Shown here: in pieces, positions 12,742 through 26,329 of the stretch
Numbering within the stretch: the stretch's first letter is position 1
Layout: every line of letters starts with the position of its first letter
Assembly: GCF_004010195.1 (NCBI RefSeq)
Contig: NC_057728.1
Coordinates: 49,468,561-49,532,560 of the forward strand
From: Chiloscyllium plagiosum
Lineage: Eukaryota
Direction of reading: 5' to 3'
DNA: 64,000 bases
Program-made: the position numbers and the translations under genes
Notes under the pieces: model-generated
The model's database searches: none
The model's input: only the letters and a program-made list of their open reading frames with translations
Told to the model about the DNA's origin: nothing

Positions 12742-12917
12742 GTAAGTGACATCTGCTTATACAATTATGCCTCCTAATATAATGTTTAGAGTCCATTTAA
12801 CATTCTGGTAAATCCATGTTGCACTCCCTTGGACAAAGTAATCTTAAGATTAGATGCCAAGAACTGTTTGAATCACCCCAGGGCCTGACAGCCAAAGCTT
12901 AACTTCTACATTTTGCA

Positions 12918-13037
12918 TGGATCAATGGTGCTGGAAGAGCACACCTGAAGCTCCTCGGATGCTGCTTGAACTGATGTGCTCTTCCAGCACCATTGATCCA
13001 GAATGTGGTTTCCAGCATCTGCAGTCATTGTTTTTAC
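12918..13037 (+). mobile_element. Short fold-back PLE derivative with TSD
   Basis: Arms tggatcaatggtgctggaagagcaca / tgtgctcttccagcaccattgatcca; flanks cttctacatttt(t)gca at 12903-12917 and 13038-13053. Confidence 0.8.
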
Positions 13038-13439
13038 CTTCTACATTTTTGCAAATGTATCGTGGGTAGAATTCCATTACCTTGGATTATTTGTACGTGA
13101 ACAAGGTCCTGCCTGTAACTATCGTAGTCTCGTCATTAATGGTTCCCTTCATGTGGCTGCACCCTTCCACAACAAATTGGAAAACAAAGACTAAAAGCTG
13201 TTCAATTAAACTGAATTATTGTTGGAGAAAAAAAATAGCATGCTCAGCATTTTATCTTGCACTCAAAAATGCAAGAATGTCAAACTTTTGGTGCCTCCCC
13301 TTTTAAGACAGCAGAACAATCTACATTGATTTTGAAGGTAATTATTACCAAACTGCCTATGATAAATTTGAGGTTTTCAGTCATGTTTAATTAAAAGAAC
13401 AAGGTTTGGCCTTGCCCATTAAGTTTAAAATTCCCTGTT

Positions 13440-13626
13440 GAAAATGTGTTGCTGGAGAAGCGCAGCAGGTCAGGCAGCATCCAGGGAACAGGAGAATCGA
13501 CGTTTCGGGCATAAGCCCTTCTTCAGGATTCTCCTGTTCCCTGGATGCTGCCTGACCTGCTGCGCTTCTCCAGCAACACATTTTCAGCTCTGATCTCCAG
13601 CATCTGCAGACCTCACTTTCTCCTCC
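13440..13626. mobile_element. Young 187-bp fold-back PLE derivative with perfect 14-bp TSD
   Basis: TSD taaaattccctgtt at 13426-13439 and 13627-13640; perfect 59-bp inverted repeat at 13440-13498 and 13527-13585; 41-bp unpaired tail. Confidence 0.92.
13499..13526 (-). ncRNA. Minimal type I hammerhead ribozyme core (predicted)
   Basis: Minus strand CTGAAGA-A-GGGC-TTAT-GCCC-GAAA-CG-TC: conserved core, 4-bp helix II, palindromic ACGU helix III; helix I supplied by the flanking inverted repeat. Confidence 0.75.
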
Positions 13627-13697
13627 TAAAATTCCCTGTTATCTAGGTTGGACTACACTTCTCTCTTGTAAATCTTTTCTCTTGAAATGTGTTTCAG

Positions 13698-13834
13698 TGG
13701 CTCGCGATGTAAATATTTATTTGGGTGAATCTGAAGGTAGGAACAGCCCTTCGAAAGATGATGACTCCCTGCTTCATCCTGGCAATTTGACCAGCACGTC
13801 AGATGAAACAAGCGCATTGGAAATGGGTGTTGAG
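13698..13834 (+). CDS. ANO4: Anoctamin-4 coding exon (137 nt)
   Basis: tttcag|TG...GAG|gtgaga; ARDVNIYLGESEGRNSPSKDDDSLLHPGNLTSTSDETSALEMGVE matches recalled mammalian ANO4 AKDVNILFDELEAVSSPCKDDDSLLHPGNLTSTSDD. Confidence 0.93.
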
Positions 13835-14524
13835 GTGAGAGGTTTTCATATTGCATTTTGATATTGCATCTTATGAAAAAGATGCAGAATGTTTAAAAGG
13901 AGCACTTGACTCTATTGGGTGGGGGGAGGGGGGAGAGATGGTGAAGAACTACATGCATGAATTGTGTAGGTTATCATGTTTAAATGGGGTATTCTAATAC
14001 TCAGCGAATCGATAACTACAGACCATGAATTTAAAATCATCTTGGGTTAAAAATGAAGCAAAGGATAAAGGCTTAACACAGGACTGTCCTAGCGCAAACT
14101 GGATATCAGGAAAGGGAATTGGGGTAAAATGTTCCAGGGAAGGTTTTGGGTTGAAATATATCATAGTACTGTACCTTTATTATCATTATTTTCTGAGCTG
14201 TAGGAGTGTGATGACACTAGACTGAAATGATGCCTTAACAAAGACGTAGGCATCAATGGTAGGCGCTTGGCCCTTCAAGTTTTTATTTATTGCTGTGTAT
14301 TAAGTTTTCTTTTCGTAGCTGGTGTTGTGCGGCTCTGGGACTTAAATTGGGGCATTCTAGCTCACAGGTCACCACACTGTCACCAGAACACCCCTCCCTC
14401 AGGTTTTCCATGATAAACAGGTTAATTATTTGGTACCTGTCTTCTGTACCCAGCACTTGGGATAAAATTATTAATTTTGGAATGAATATTTTTGTATTCT
14501 GGGCAGCTAAACATTTTTTTAGCG

Positions 14525-14716
14525 AGTTTTGAGAAGACTTGTAGCTCAGGTTGAGGTTCTGGATGTAGGTTTGCTTGCTGAGCTGGAAAGTTTGTTTTCA
14601 GACGTTTCATCACCCTATTGGGTAACATCAGTGATTCAGAGGCTCACTGAAGTATGGTGACGAAATGTCTGAAAATGAACCTTCCAGCTCAGCGAGCAAA
14701 CCTACATCCAGAAACT
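14525..14716. mobile_element. Fold-back PLE terminal-repeat remnant related to the 58695 element
   Basis: Arms ttctggatgtaggtttgcttgctgagctggaa / ttccagctcagcgagcaaacctacatccagaa around decayed hammerhead motifs. Confidence 0.7.
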
Positions 14717-14808
14717 GTTTTGTTTGCGCTGTACCTAGATTTTAGTCACGTTAGACTGAAATTCATTTGCAAAGCAATTGAACATTCCAAGCCTTCATTG
14801 CTTGATCT

Positions 14809-15851
14809 TGTTACAACACGAAGACAGCCAGCCAATTCACATTGGCCTCCTTATCTCTATTTGCAATACAGTAACATTAAAATACTCCATGCTTTTCAAC
14901 ATTGATCCCAATAGTTCCTAACCAGACTTTTTAAATAAACAATACCAAACTTTATGAATAACTTACCAGACACCAGGTTCATAGCTTAAACAAAATAATT
15001 GGCAACTTATTAATAAGCTTTATCAGAGCAAATTTAAACAAGGTAGTCTAATATCTGATTTCAAATTCAATCTTTGATTCTTGTTCCCCACTGCCAATCT
15101 GATATACCTAGCAAAGTGATAAATCCACCAAAAAAAAAACTGGCAGGTTCACCGAAGAAGTCTCTCTCATCTGTAATCTCACAGACAAGTGGGATTGCAT
15201 CTTGGTTTCTGATGATGTCGGTCAGTACAAGCAGCTTTCAGTAAGATGAGGAATATTTATTTAAGAGATTTCTATTCTTCGGATTTTCAATAAGTTTGGT
15301 AACAGGAAGATAACCAGGGAGCAATCAAACCTCTGTCCTGTAGCTTTGGTAATCACAATTCTTCAAACAAGAAAACACCAGTTGAAAATCAACATAAGCC
15401 ATATGGCCTTCAGCATTCACTTCACAGTTCACAGCTCCAAAATTAAAATGATTTAAAATAAACTCCAAGAGTTCTAGTCAAATCCTGGAACACTCTCGAA
15501 CAAGACTGTGAAAGTACCTTTTGCAGTATGGACTGCAGAGATTCACCATCTTCTCCTTGATTTTTGACTCCACTGTGTATCACCCGTCTCAGCCTTTCTC
15601 CTGATGTCCATGTCATACAGGAATGAACTCCTCTGAGGTGAGCTTGAATATTGGTACGATATGAAACTTCTTGAACTCTTCTGGTAGAAGAAAGGTACAA
15701 GAAACATTGACCTTAGGAAAACAGTCCTAAAATCTTGTTTCAACTGACATTGGCATAGCTTTCAAATTTCCATTCAATTCATCAAATCTCATTATGAATT
15801 AGGAAGTCTGCTTAAAATGTGGTGGAACTTTTCTATCCTCTGTTTGTAACA
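14809..15851. mobile_element. Possible solo LTR
   Basis: Termini tgttacaa...ttgtaaca (8-bp inverted, TG..CA); no TSD seen. Confidence 0.3.
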
Positions 15852-17388
15852 ATGGATTTTTGTCTTGGTTTTCTGCCACGAAACCCATTGAGACTGAAAT
15901 TTGACAAATAATGTGTATAGGCCAATTTATTTTGGGAATTGGATGCAACAGAGCTGCCATCTACTTTAAAAAACGAGTAACCATCGTTAAGTGAGAGTCG
16001 GGACCGAGATGATGCAATGGGTTCAACACTGGCTGCTAGACTTTGGAGCCTAGGTTGGACTCTAACTCTGGGGAAATAGATGTCCCTTTGATTGTTCTCT
16101 GTGAAATAGATGTGGTTAGCACTGTCAAGGGCTGTACAATGCAGGAGTCCTCAAGGTAGTCTGAAATTGACACTTCATGTCAGCTCTGAAGAGTCATCTA
16201 GACTCGATGTTAGCTTGCTCTTTTTCCAAGGATTCTGCCTGATCTTCAGTGATTTCCAGCATTTGTTGTTTTCTGTACAGATTCCAGCATCTACAGTAAA
16301 TTGTTCCTCAATTGACCGCATTACATTTTGGCAGGTTTAAGGATTCGTGGGTGCAAGATAATGTGAAACATGGCTGTACCGGCGAGCAACAGGGCTCCTG
16401 AGGATCGGCTAGAGATGTTACCGGAAGGGAATTTTTTAACTATGCCCAAGGTCCAAAAAATGTTCATTTCTTCCACTCCAACTCGAACATTTCTTGTTAT
16501 CTTCATAAGCACAAGACACTAGTTTATTTTAAAAAAACCCATGATATTTAAAAACCTCAAATGCAGCTGGACATTGTCATCTCTTGGCTGGATGATGGGG
16601 TAGCTGTGTATGTTGCATAAACATCTCTGCAGTCTATCATTCACTGCTGGAGTTCAAGGTGAAGGGAATTCTGTAGCTAAAGACAAATCTGCAGATAGCT
16701 CTCTGCACTGCTGCAGATAGCTTTGCGATCGCACTGTGGAGGAGAAAATATTCTCTTCCCCGTGATTCTTTTACCAAACAGACTGTCTATCCTTCATTTG
16801 CATGCCTACCAGTCGAAATAATTTCTCTCTCCCTCTGCTATTCAAGGTTTACCAGCTGTCTTTTTAAAATTCCAAAGGTTTAATAAACAAGTGATAAAAT
16901 AATTTTAGTTTCCAACTTTTTATCTGATGTATACTTCACCTATAAAGGGTGTGGATGCATTGAGGGTGCAAAGGAGGTTTGATAGAAATGTTCTAGGAGT
17001 TGTTGAGGTACTTCAGCTCTAGAGAGCTCTCCTTGAGAGGTTAGCAGAGAGAGCTGATAGAGATGTTAAAAAATCGGGGAAAGCTTTCATCCTAGTCTGC
17101 TGGCAGAAGGGTTGGTAATCAACAAATAAGGATTTAAAGTAAATGTAAAGAAGTCAAAAAGAAGGTGGAATCTTGTCAGGTTAGTGAGTTGTCATCTGGA
17201 ACGTTCTACCTCAAAGGACAGTGAAATCTGATTCAATAGTAACTTGAAAATTGGACTGGCAGATTTGCTGTGTTGTAGAGGGTGGGTAGGTTGGGGGCTA
17301 AATGGATAGATGTTCCAAGTAGCAATATGTTGAATGGTTCCTATGCTACAAGGCATTATGTAGATATCTGCTTTATTCCTCTTTTTAG

Positions 17389-17547
17389 GAAGCTGCTGAT
17401 AGAAATAAAGGAAATGGCCTGTTCTTCAGGGATGGGAAATGCCGGATAGATTACATCCTTGTTTACAGAAAATCTAATGCACAAGCAGAGAAACGGGAAG
17501 TGTTTGAGAGAAACCTGAGAGCTGAAGGATTGAACATTGAGAAAGAG
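17389..17547 (+). CDS. ANO4: Anoctamin-4 coding exon (159 nt)
   Basis: ttttag|GAA...GAG|gtaagt; [53 protein letters not shown], start of the anoctamin N-terminal dimerisation domain. Confidence 0.97.
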
Positions 17548-19399
17548 GTAAGTCTGATCATGTTTAGACTTTTTTGAAAAGAATAATTATTTGCTTAGAA
17601 TCAATTTGCATTTAGCAGCCTCTTGGGAAGATTCCAGAGCCTGATCTTTTCCAGGTTGAGTGATGAAAGTTTAGATATAGTCTATGGGATCTTTTTAAGA
17701 ACAATCCTGAGGTTGATAAAGTACTTTTGTTTTTTGTTTAATATGTCTTTAAATTTTGAGTTTAGAGTAAAAATTGAAATAATTGCATTATTTGAATAGG
17801 AATAGGGAGGTCATTCAACCCCTTGAGCATGTTCTGTCTGTAATTAGACATGGCGGATTTGTATCTCAACCCATCAATCTGCTTTATTTCTAAGACTCAC
17901 TATAACTTCACTAAAGTTTTCAATTGACCCTGCCTCAAATTGCTTTCTTTTGGAAAGAAGAGCTGGAAAAAGAGTTTGTTGCCTCCATTATATTCCTTGT
18001 CTGTAGTGGTGCAGTGGTTCACACTGCCTCTACACCAGGGGCCTGGGTTTGGTTCCACCTTTGGGTGTCTGTCTGCAAACACCACACAGACAAACTCGCT
18101 GTATATGCAAGGATTTCCACTGGTGTTCTCTGCTTTCCTCCTACAGCCCAAAGTTTGAATTATAAATTGGAAAATGTAGTCAAAACTGTTTTTTGGTTTA
18201 GAAAATAACCCATTTTAAAAAAAAAAATCACAACTTGAAGCAAAAGTGTGGTCACTCACTGGTCACACGAGTAATTTTATAGAAGCTAGATTCAATTCTT
18301 TTAAACTAGTACCAGGAGTCCTTTGTTTGTAAAGTGAAACTGCCCAGCAATGGCTTTTGTTTTGGTTGAATCAAATGGAATCCTACACCTCCACCAAAAA
18401 AAACTGTCCCACTGCCTCTCTGACAAAATTGTTGGAATTCTTATTGATTTCTAACAGTCCAAGAAAAAAAACTAAGGAGAAATATGTTCAAATAAAGCTA
18501 GAAGCAGAAATAAGGATTCCTCGACAGATCCTGAGAGAGGATCAACCTCCCTTAAGAGCAACCAAGTCTGTTTGCTTTTTATAAAGTGTGGTCAGTGCTG
18601 CAGGGCAGCAAGGCCTCACAGACAGAGACAATATCCAGGCATTGAGAAGAAAAAGCTACATTTCACGTCCAGAAGATGTGCAGAAATAAGACCGTTTCAA
18701 AGTTGCAGACATTCTGGTGGTCATATCTGTAAAAGCTTCTGCACCGTAGAACACAACACACCCATTAGGAAAGAGTTCTCCATTGGAAAACATGTAGGGA
18801 AGGCTGGAAGTCTTTTGTTTTCTCCTGACATTCTTTTGGCAGTAGAGAATCCTGAAAATTCCAAATATCAGTATTTCTGGCTATATTAAAACCTGAAATA
18901 TTGGACTGTGACCAGTCTCCAAAACATGGTTCCAGACTGAAATCAATCAGAAATGAGCATCTTCCATCAATCTATATTGACAGCAATTTGTTTTTGTAGA
19001 CAGAAACTCCAGTAGACTGAGAAGTCAGCATACTAATTCCTTTGTTTCCAGACTCTCTCCTCCAGCATTCTCCCCGTTTTAAAAATCATATCCACAGAGA
19101 CTGTCACTGTCTTTGTGTGTCTGTGCTTAGAATTGAGGTAATATCACTTGATCATGGCTTCGATATTGTTGACCAGTGTTTGCTATTTGTTTTGAGAATA
19201 AGTTTTATTGCTAATTAATGATTTCAGTTAATCAGAAGCTTGGTATAAAATTTCACCCTATTTCAGATCATAGCCCAAAGAAACAACTGGTCGTTTTAGG
19301 TGTTTGGAGCAACACCCCTTATACCAATGGCATTGCCAGTAGAGAAGTGGATTGGATTTATCAGCGTGTTCCTCTTGTCACAGTCTTTAGGGAATGTGG

Positions 19400-19915
19400 G
19401 AGCCTAGTGGTATTGTTGCTATCCTGTTAGAGACGAGAGTGCGGTGCTGGAAAAAGCACAGCCGGTCAGGCAGTATCTGGAGCAGGAGAATCAACTTTCT
19501 GGGCATGTCCTTCATCAGCATTCCTGCTCCTTGGATGCTGCCAGACCGGCTGCTTTTCTAGCACCACATGCATGACTCTGATCTCCAGCATCTGCAGTTC
19601 TTGCTTTCTCCTGGCCTGTTAAAGACCAAGGTAATATTTTGGGGGCCTGAGTCTGGATCCCACCACAGCAGATGGTGGAATTGGAATTCGATCAGTCTGG
19701 AATTAGGAGTTTAATGATGACCATGTTGATTGTTGGGAAAAGCCCATCTGGTTCACAAATGTCCTTGGAAGGAAACTGCCATCCTTCCCTGGTCTGACCT
19801 CCATGTGACTTCAGACCTACAGTAATGTGTTTAACTTTTAACTACCCTCTGGGCAATTAGGGATGGGCAATAAATGCTGGCCCAGCCAGTGATGCCCAAA
19901 TCTTGTGAATAATTT
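19400..19915 (+). mobile_element. tRNA-related SINE with LINE-type tail, interrupted by a fold-back PLE derivative at 19435-19614
   Basis: Tail gggcaattagggatgggcaataaatgctggcc; insert flanked by cctgtta(g/a)agac at 19423-19434 and 19615-19626; similar SINE at about 36590-36960. Confidence 0.7.
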
Positions 19916-21464
19916 TTTTTTTAAAAAGAGTACTTATTACTATCATGCAGTCAACCTCCTTTGTTATGAGAACGGTGTCTCTGTGTAGATGCCTCGATGG
20001 TGATATGCCCTCTATTAATCGCTAGTACGGTGGCGGTAGCGAACTAAACAGCCTTTATCCAACATCACCACTTGGTCGTGTTGGCAAATACCTTAGTGGT
20101 CAGGTGGGGAGAATACCATTGAGAACCCCTCGGAGGTGATTACAAACAGCAGTGTGTCAAATTGAGTGCCAGCATTGAGGATTATTTGAGCTTTGCAAAC
20201 AGTAAACAAGCAGTTGCTTTGGCTAATTGACCAAATTACAAGTTGTACCTGCACACCATGAGTATTACAACCGGAAGGACAAGGATTGATTTTCATGTTC
20301 AAGCCAAATAAATTCTGCTTCTCAGAAACCAGCCAGACCCCTGCACGTTGACCTTGTGGATCATTTCTTTGGGCATTGCCAACTGCCTTCATGCCAAATG
20401 GCTTTGGTTGATTGTTGCCTACATCTCCATGTGGACACTGTCCCAAACACTATTGGGAATGGAATTTGCCTGTAGCCCTCCTGAGAACAATCTGTCAGTC
20501 TTCCTCTGAACACTGGGGTGTCACATTCGATATGAGAAATCAGCTTGTGCCCAAAGATTAACAACCACCATGAAGTTGGTAGCTGTTCTTGTATTTGAGA
20601 GAGATGGAATCAATGGCTCCTTTTCCACACTTCCGTCTGATCATTCCTCAGTGTATGGGTGGGATTTAATATTGATTTTTGGACATTGATGCAAAATATC
20701 TGGTATTGTATCACATACCGATCAAAAACACTGCTTTTTAAAAATAAATTAAGGGACTTGACTATGTAAGGCCTTTTTGTTGATGAATGTGGGCATCAAT
20801 GGCTAGGCCCAGCATTAATTACCCAGAGGGTGTTTGCAAGTCGACTACAATGCTGTGGGTCTGGAGTCACATGTAGGTCAGATGGGGGTTTTTGTGACAA
20901 TTGATATGGTTTCATGGTCACTGTTTATGTTAACCTTTTTGAATTCCACTTAAAGAAACTGGAATTAAAATTTCACCATCTAGTGAGATTCAAACCTAGA
21001 TCACTTAGCCTGAGTTTCTGGATTGTTAACCCAGTGACATTGTCACTACACTACTACCTCCCCATGATTTTGTTTCTCTTGGTTGGGAGTTTAGAGATGA
21101 CTTTGAATAATGAGCTAATTGTTTAGGATTCACTTAAAGGACTTTGATTGGAATTCCCTGCCTCTGGAGAATTGTGGATAGTCCACCATAAAATCCCTTT
21201 AAAATGGGGATAGACCATTTTGACTACTTGCAATGACTGTGGGGAGTGAACAGAAAAATTGGTCAGCCATGATTTATTGAATAGCAAAACAAAACCAGTT
21301 TGGGTGGGTGTGGATTGTTCTATTTCTTTTCATGAAAACTGAATGAGGCAGGCTTTTAATGAATGGCAAAATAGCTCATCTTAAACTTGCTCTTGGGATG
21401 TGGGTGCCCTAGGCAGTGCCAGCATTTGTTCTCGATGCCTTTGCAAATGTAAATTAGACAGTAG

Positions 21465-22088
21465 TGTGACAAAGCTGCTCCTTTAACAAAGTTATGCTGT
21501 CCTTGGCTTTTTTTTCTTCAGAGAGGTTGTAAATGACACTGACTCTGAAAAGTATGGGGCTGAAAGGTTTTAGGGCCAAACCTAATAGCTAACAGATATT
21601 GCCTCCGGCTGAAGATTTTCAAGCTCTTTTAAAAAAAAGAGAACACTTGTACAATGAAAGGTGAGTGGCCAGTTCTCCCAGCTCAGCTTTTCTCTGGTTT
21701 GGTTTTTAACAGTAGTATGGGGGGAACAAAGCTGCTGGATCCAAAGTTGCAGGTCCAGACTGGTACTCTCCCTGTCTGACTTCTATCCTGTAACACCCTG
21801 TGTTTGTTTGTTTTTTTTACCTTTTTTGCCAAGGGGTGCTTAATGGGGATTGTTGCAAATATTTGGAGTAGCATCAGTAAGTTGGGATGATCTGTTGGGT
21901 TTTCGGAGAGATTAGGTTATTTGGTATTCTGTTTACTGTTGTTTTGTTTCATTCAGTAATCTTGTAAATAAACTAGTTTGACCAGCTGCATTTCTCCTGG
22001 AATATCTACTTTACACCTGCTTAAAACAACTAGCAAAGTTAGGGTCTGGGCTGCTACCTTATCGTTTTCAGCGGTTTGGTCTGTAACA
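21465..22088 (+). mobile_element. Solo-LTR-like element, second copy
   Basis: tgtgacaaagctgctcctttaacaaa...ggtctgtaaca; colinear with 6652-7501 but lacks the duplication. Confidence 0.65.
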
Positions 22089-23234
22089 ATAATAGTGAGC
22101 ACTGTTTTGAACCTCGACAGTCTGAGGGCTGTACATAGACCTATGATACTGTTAAGAAGGAAGTTGCATCATTTTGGTGTAGAGGTACTGTAGAAACTAT
22201 ATCTTTCGAAATCCGGTTGGTGTGTAACTGAGGGGCCAGCTTGCAGATGGTAATGTTCCAGTGTATCAAATACACTGTCCTCCTTCTAGATGGTACAAGT
22301 CACTGGTTTGGAAGATGTTCTTGAAAGAGCCTTGGTGGGTTATTGCAGTGCATCTTGAGAATGGATCATAGATACCTTTACACTATTGAGGAATAGCTAA
22401 TATTCTTTTTAAAAGGTTATTGATTGTGAATTTGGAAAGGACTAATAGAAGATGCGTGAAAAGAACTGGGGTGTGACCGCTTCAGTCGGCAATGTGTTTT
22501 GGTAAATTCTGTCAAATCAAACTTTTAATTTTACCGCTAGCCATGAGAGGAATGCACAGTGCAATGGTGTAGTGTTTCGATTTGTGGAACTGTTATAGCT
22601 GTAGTGTCTGTTCCGGAAGCTTGAGTTTGGTCACTGGCTTCAGTCCAATTTACATTGATACCATTCTACCACAACAACAATTCTCATGAGAATCATTATA
22701 CCCCCCACACAGCTGGGAAAGCTAATATCTCTCACTACAGTCAGGTAATGAAAAATAAAATGCTGCCAACAGTGCAGTATTATATAAATGAGTCTGCAAT
22801 TTTCCTCGCATTTAATTTTGATTTTCTAAAGATACCTCGCAAAGCATTTGGAAATTTGTAATGATTGTCAACAGGTAATAAACTCCCATTAACTTGGCTT
22901 TCTTCCCAGTAGACCCCACACCCCTCCAGTCTGCCAAGTCAACAAATAAATTGAGCTCCAAAATCCCATAACTGGCAATGAAATAAATAACCAGGCCATC
23001 TGCTTTTTTGAGTGATGTGACTGGAGGGATAAATGTTTTTGGAGACCAGAACTCCATTAGTGATGTGAAAGTGAAATAATGCAGATGTTAGAATTCTGAA
23101 GTAATATCAGAAAATGCTGATAAAACACAGCCAGCAACACCTGTTCAGAGAGGGAGAGAGGCAGTTAACACGTCAATGTCCTTTCATCATTGATTTCCAC
23201 AGATCCTCTGAGTCTTAGATTTCCACACTTTTTC

Positions 23235-23410
23235 TTTGTTTTTTAAATTTCAGTCCACCCTGATGACAATTCAGAAGGTTGCCATGTGATCATCTCTTCT
23301 GCTCACGTGATAGAGCATTCAGTTTATTGTCAACTTGAAAGATGGCACCTTTTGACGATGTAGCACTCTCTCAGTACTGCACTGGAGTCAGTTTAGATTT
23401 GTTCCAAAAG
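23235..23410 (-). mobile_element. Deu-domain SINE fragment (SacSINE1/AmnSINE-like)
   Basis: gaaagatggcacc..gtagcactctctcagtactgcactggagt resembles the reverse complement of the DeuSINE consensus as recalled. Confidence 0.55.
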
Positions 23411-24734
23411 TCCAACTTGCATATACCTTTTTTCCTTTTATCCTGGAGATACCTTCAGCTGACAGCATAAATAATGGTAACACTGAACAAGTCAGAGCAA
23501 TAAATGAAACTTGGCTTTAAAGATTGTTTTATATTTACCATTTTAGTTATGATCGTGATCAGTCACTGAGCATATTCACAAGAGGCTGCCAATTAACTTC
23601 TGATCCCAATAAACTTTGAAGGGAAAATACAACTGTTAAACAGACAATTTTTTGAAATGGTCTTTTTACAGATATCAGAAGGAAAAAGATTTAACCTTTT
23701 TACCCCAGCGATAATCTTAGATACTGAAACTTCAGTGAAAGGTCACCCCTGTTTCCACACTTGTTCAACGGGTACTGCTGTACTCTGCTGGTTTTCAGCA
23801 AATTTCTGCATTCGCTCTGCTGTTTTCATTGTCTTTTCCCAGGATCTTTTAAACAAGCTGGTACTTCGGCTCACTTACAACTTAAAATGGGTTTCTTAAT
23901 GTCATGTCGTCAACAACATTGTAGAGTTTGACCTGAAAAGAAACTTGCCTCCATCTTGTCGCTCGTCTCCAGTTAAAATGCTGTATGAGAAGGTCTATTG
24001 GTGACTTTGTTGACTTGGCAGAAAGTTAAAATCTTTGTGGTCAATTAATGGCTATGTAAGAACAAAGATAAATAAGGCCTTGGGTTACCATCTCCCTGAG
24101 CAGGCAAGAGTGCTGTTAGTTTCCCAAACAGGGAATCATGGCAGTCTGCTTGCTAAGGTGGTAGTGTGATGCACAGAGCTAGGGATCACCTCTAAGTCCT
24201 CCAGTCTGGGGCAGTCAGGTGTGAGTAGGGTACTAAGGAATGACCTCAGAGCCAAGAGACTCTCCTAGGCCCCCCCCCCCCCCCCGCCGACAAATGTAAC
24301 ACATCCTCCCTGATGGGAAAACCAGTAAACTTGCAAATGACACCATGTCTTGTATACTTTAAACTGAAGCACCTCGAGAATCAGTGCCTTCATTTCAAAA
24401 TATTAACTCTTTCTGGACCCTGCAACAAAAAGATCTTTTTATTTAATAAAAAAACACTGCTTACTGGATCCCTTTTGGAGTTGGACTATAGGAATTCGCT
24501 CTGCCCACCTATCCATCAGTTGCAGTAATGTTGAGTTCTCACACCTAATTAGCTTCCACTTAACACATGCCCTCACACTGAGGAGGGGGGAGTGGAAATA
24601 AAACAATACTGGGATTATAGCTCTTGCCTGTTTCTAGCTCCAGAAAACTTGCCTAACTAATGCCCTTTTTAGGAAAGGATATCTGCCTGCCTTTCCTGGA
24701 ATGGCCAACTAGCAATCCACTCACAAACATATAA

Positions 24735-25390
24735 CTTTTATTTTTGTTCGAGATTGGCCAGTCCATTTCGAACTGGCCTGGAGAAGGTGGTGGTGGTGGT
24801 GAGCTAGCTTCTTGAACCATTGCAATTCTTTTGGTGTGGATACACCCACAGTGTCATTAGGGAGGGAGTTCCTGGATATTGATGCAGCAACACTGAAGGA
24901 ATAAGTGATATATTTCCAAGTCAGTTTGGTGAGTGACTCGGAAGGGAAGTTGCGGATGGCAGTGTTCCCATGTATCTGCTGTCCTTGTCTTCTGGGTAGT
25001 AAAGATTTCCTGTTAGTTTGCTGTTGAAGGAGCCTTGGTGAGTTACTGCACTGCAGTTTGTGGATGAGCCCACTGCTGCCATTTGAGGTGAAGGGAGTCT
25101 AGACTGGTACCATAATCATGTTCAATCTAGACTGCTTTGTCTTGCTGCTGCTTGGGTCGTGTTAGGGCTGCACTCATCCAGTCAACTGGGGAGTATTCTA
25201 TATATTCCTGACTTGTACCTTTTTTGTTTTATAGATTGTGGACAGGCACTGGGGTGACCAGTGATGGGCGACTCATTGCACAATTCCACTTCTGGCTTGC
25301 TCTTGAAGCCATAGAATTTATATGGCTGGTCAATGCTAATGTTGATATTGGGGCATTCAGCAATGGTCATACCATGAAACATACCGGTGA
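24735..25390 (-). mobile_element. LINE 3' fragment (family with the ggatgggcaataaatgc-type tail)
   Basis: Reverse complement of the repeats at about 10300-10600, 31550-32100, 39310-39600 and 43930-44530. Confidence 0.6.
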
Positions 25391-26329
25391 TGTTGCATTC
25401 TGTGTGTCTGTCTTTCTCTCTGTCAGTATGTCTCTCTTGCCCTTGACAGTATTGTCCATATCCATGGGGGAAAAAAGGACAAATTACATTAAAATATTAA
25501 AAAGCAACATTTTAAAACTATATCTGAAGCAGGGCATTTAGGAAGAACAGGAAATGAGAAAAAAGCAGAAAGATAGATCTGAGTTAATGGTTGTGATGCA
25601 ATAAAGAGAGGCGACCTGTGTTCAGTAAACCAGGATGTGGGCACAGTTTGGGTGGGGATAAGAAATGGCAAAAGCAAGAAGTGGTGGAATTTCCTTTTGT
25701 GGAAGTGTTGTGTAGACTCCGAGAGTAGCCACAGAGCACAAAGGGAGAAATTATGACCTTGGCAGAAAAAACATGACCATAGTCATGGGGATTTTAATTT
25801 ATGGTTAGACTGGAAAAGTTAGCTTTGCAAGATTAACCTAGATGAAGAGGTAATTGACTCTCTCTTCTTAGAATATTATGTATTGGAGCTGACCAGAGAG
25901 CAGGCTATGACTAGACCTGGTATTAAGCAATGAGGTGGGATTAAATAATGAGTTCATAGTGAAGGCACTCTTAGGTAGCGAATAACTATCAAATGATTGC
26001 ATTTTGTATTCGGCTCAAAGGAGAGAGGGGTGGGTCAAGGACAATATTTTAAATTTAGAGAATTATGATGACTATGAAAATACAATTGGCTAAAGTAAAC
26101 TTGAAAATTTGAGTTTAAGTTTAGGTTCATAGATATGCAGTGATAGCCATTTAAGACCGTATTATAGAATAGATACATACCAATGAATAAGAAAATTTGG
26201 CTGCTTTAAAGAAGTCATTGGACTCCAAACATTAACTCTGCTCCTGTCTCAACAGTTGCTGCTAGACCTGCTGAGTTTCTTTATTGTGCTAAAGACTGGT
26301 GGCAGTTCAGAAGATTGGACAGACAAAAT

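Noticed and set aside
1..13697. Orthologues of the canonical mammalian ANO4 first exons (MEASSSG.. and GGVDLQGYQ..)
   Set aside because: No recognisable match by eye. They may lie upstream of the window or be absent.
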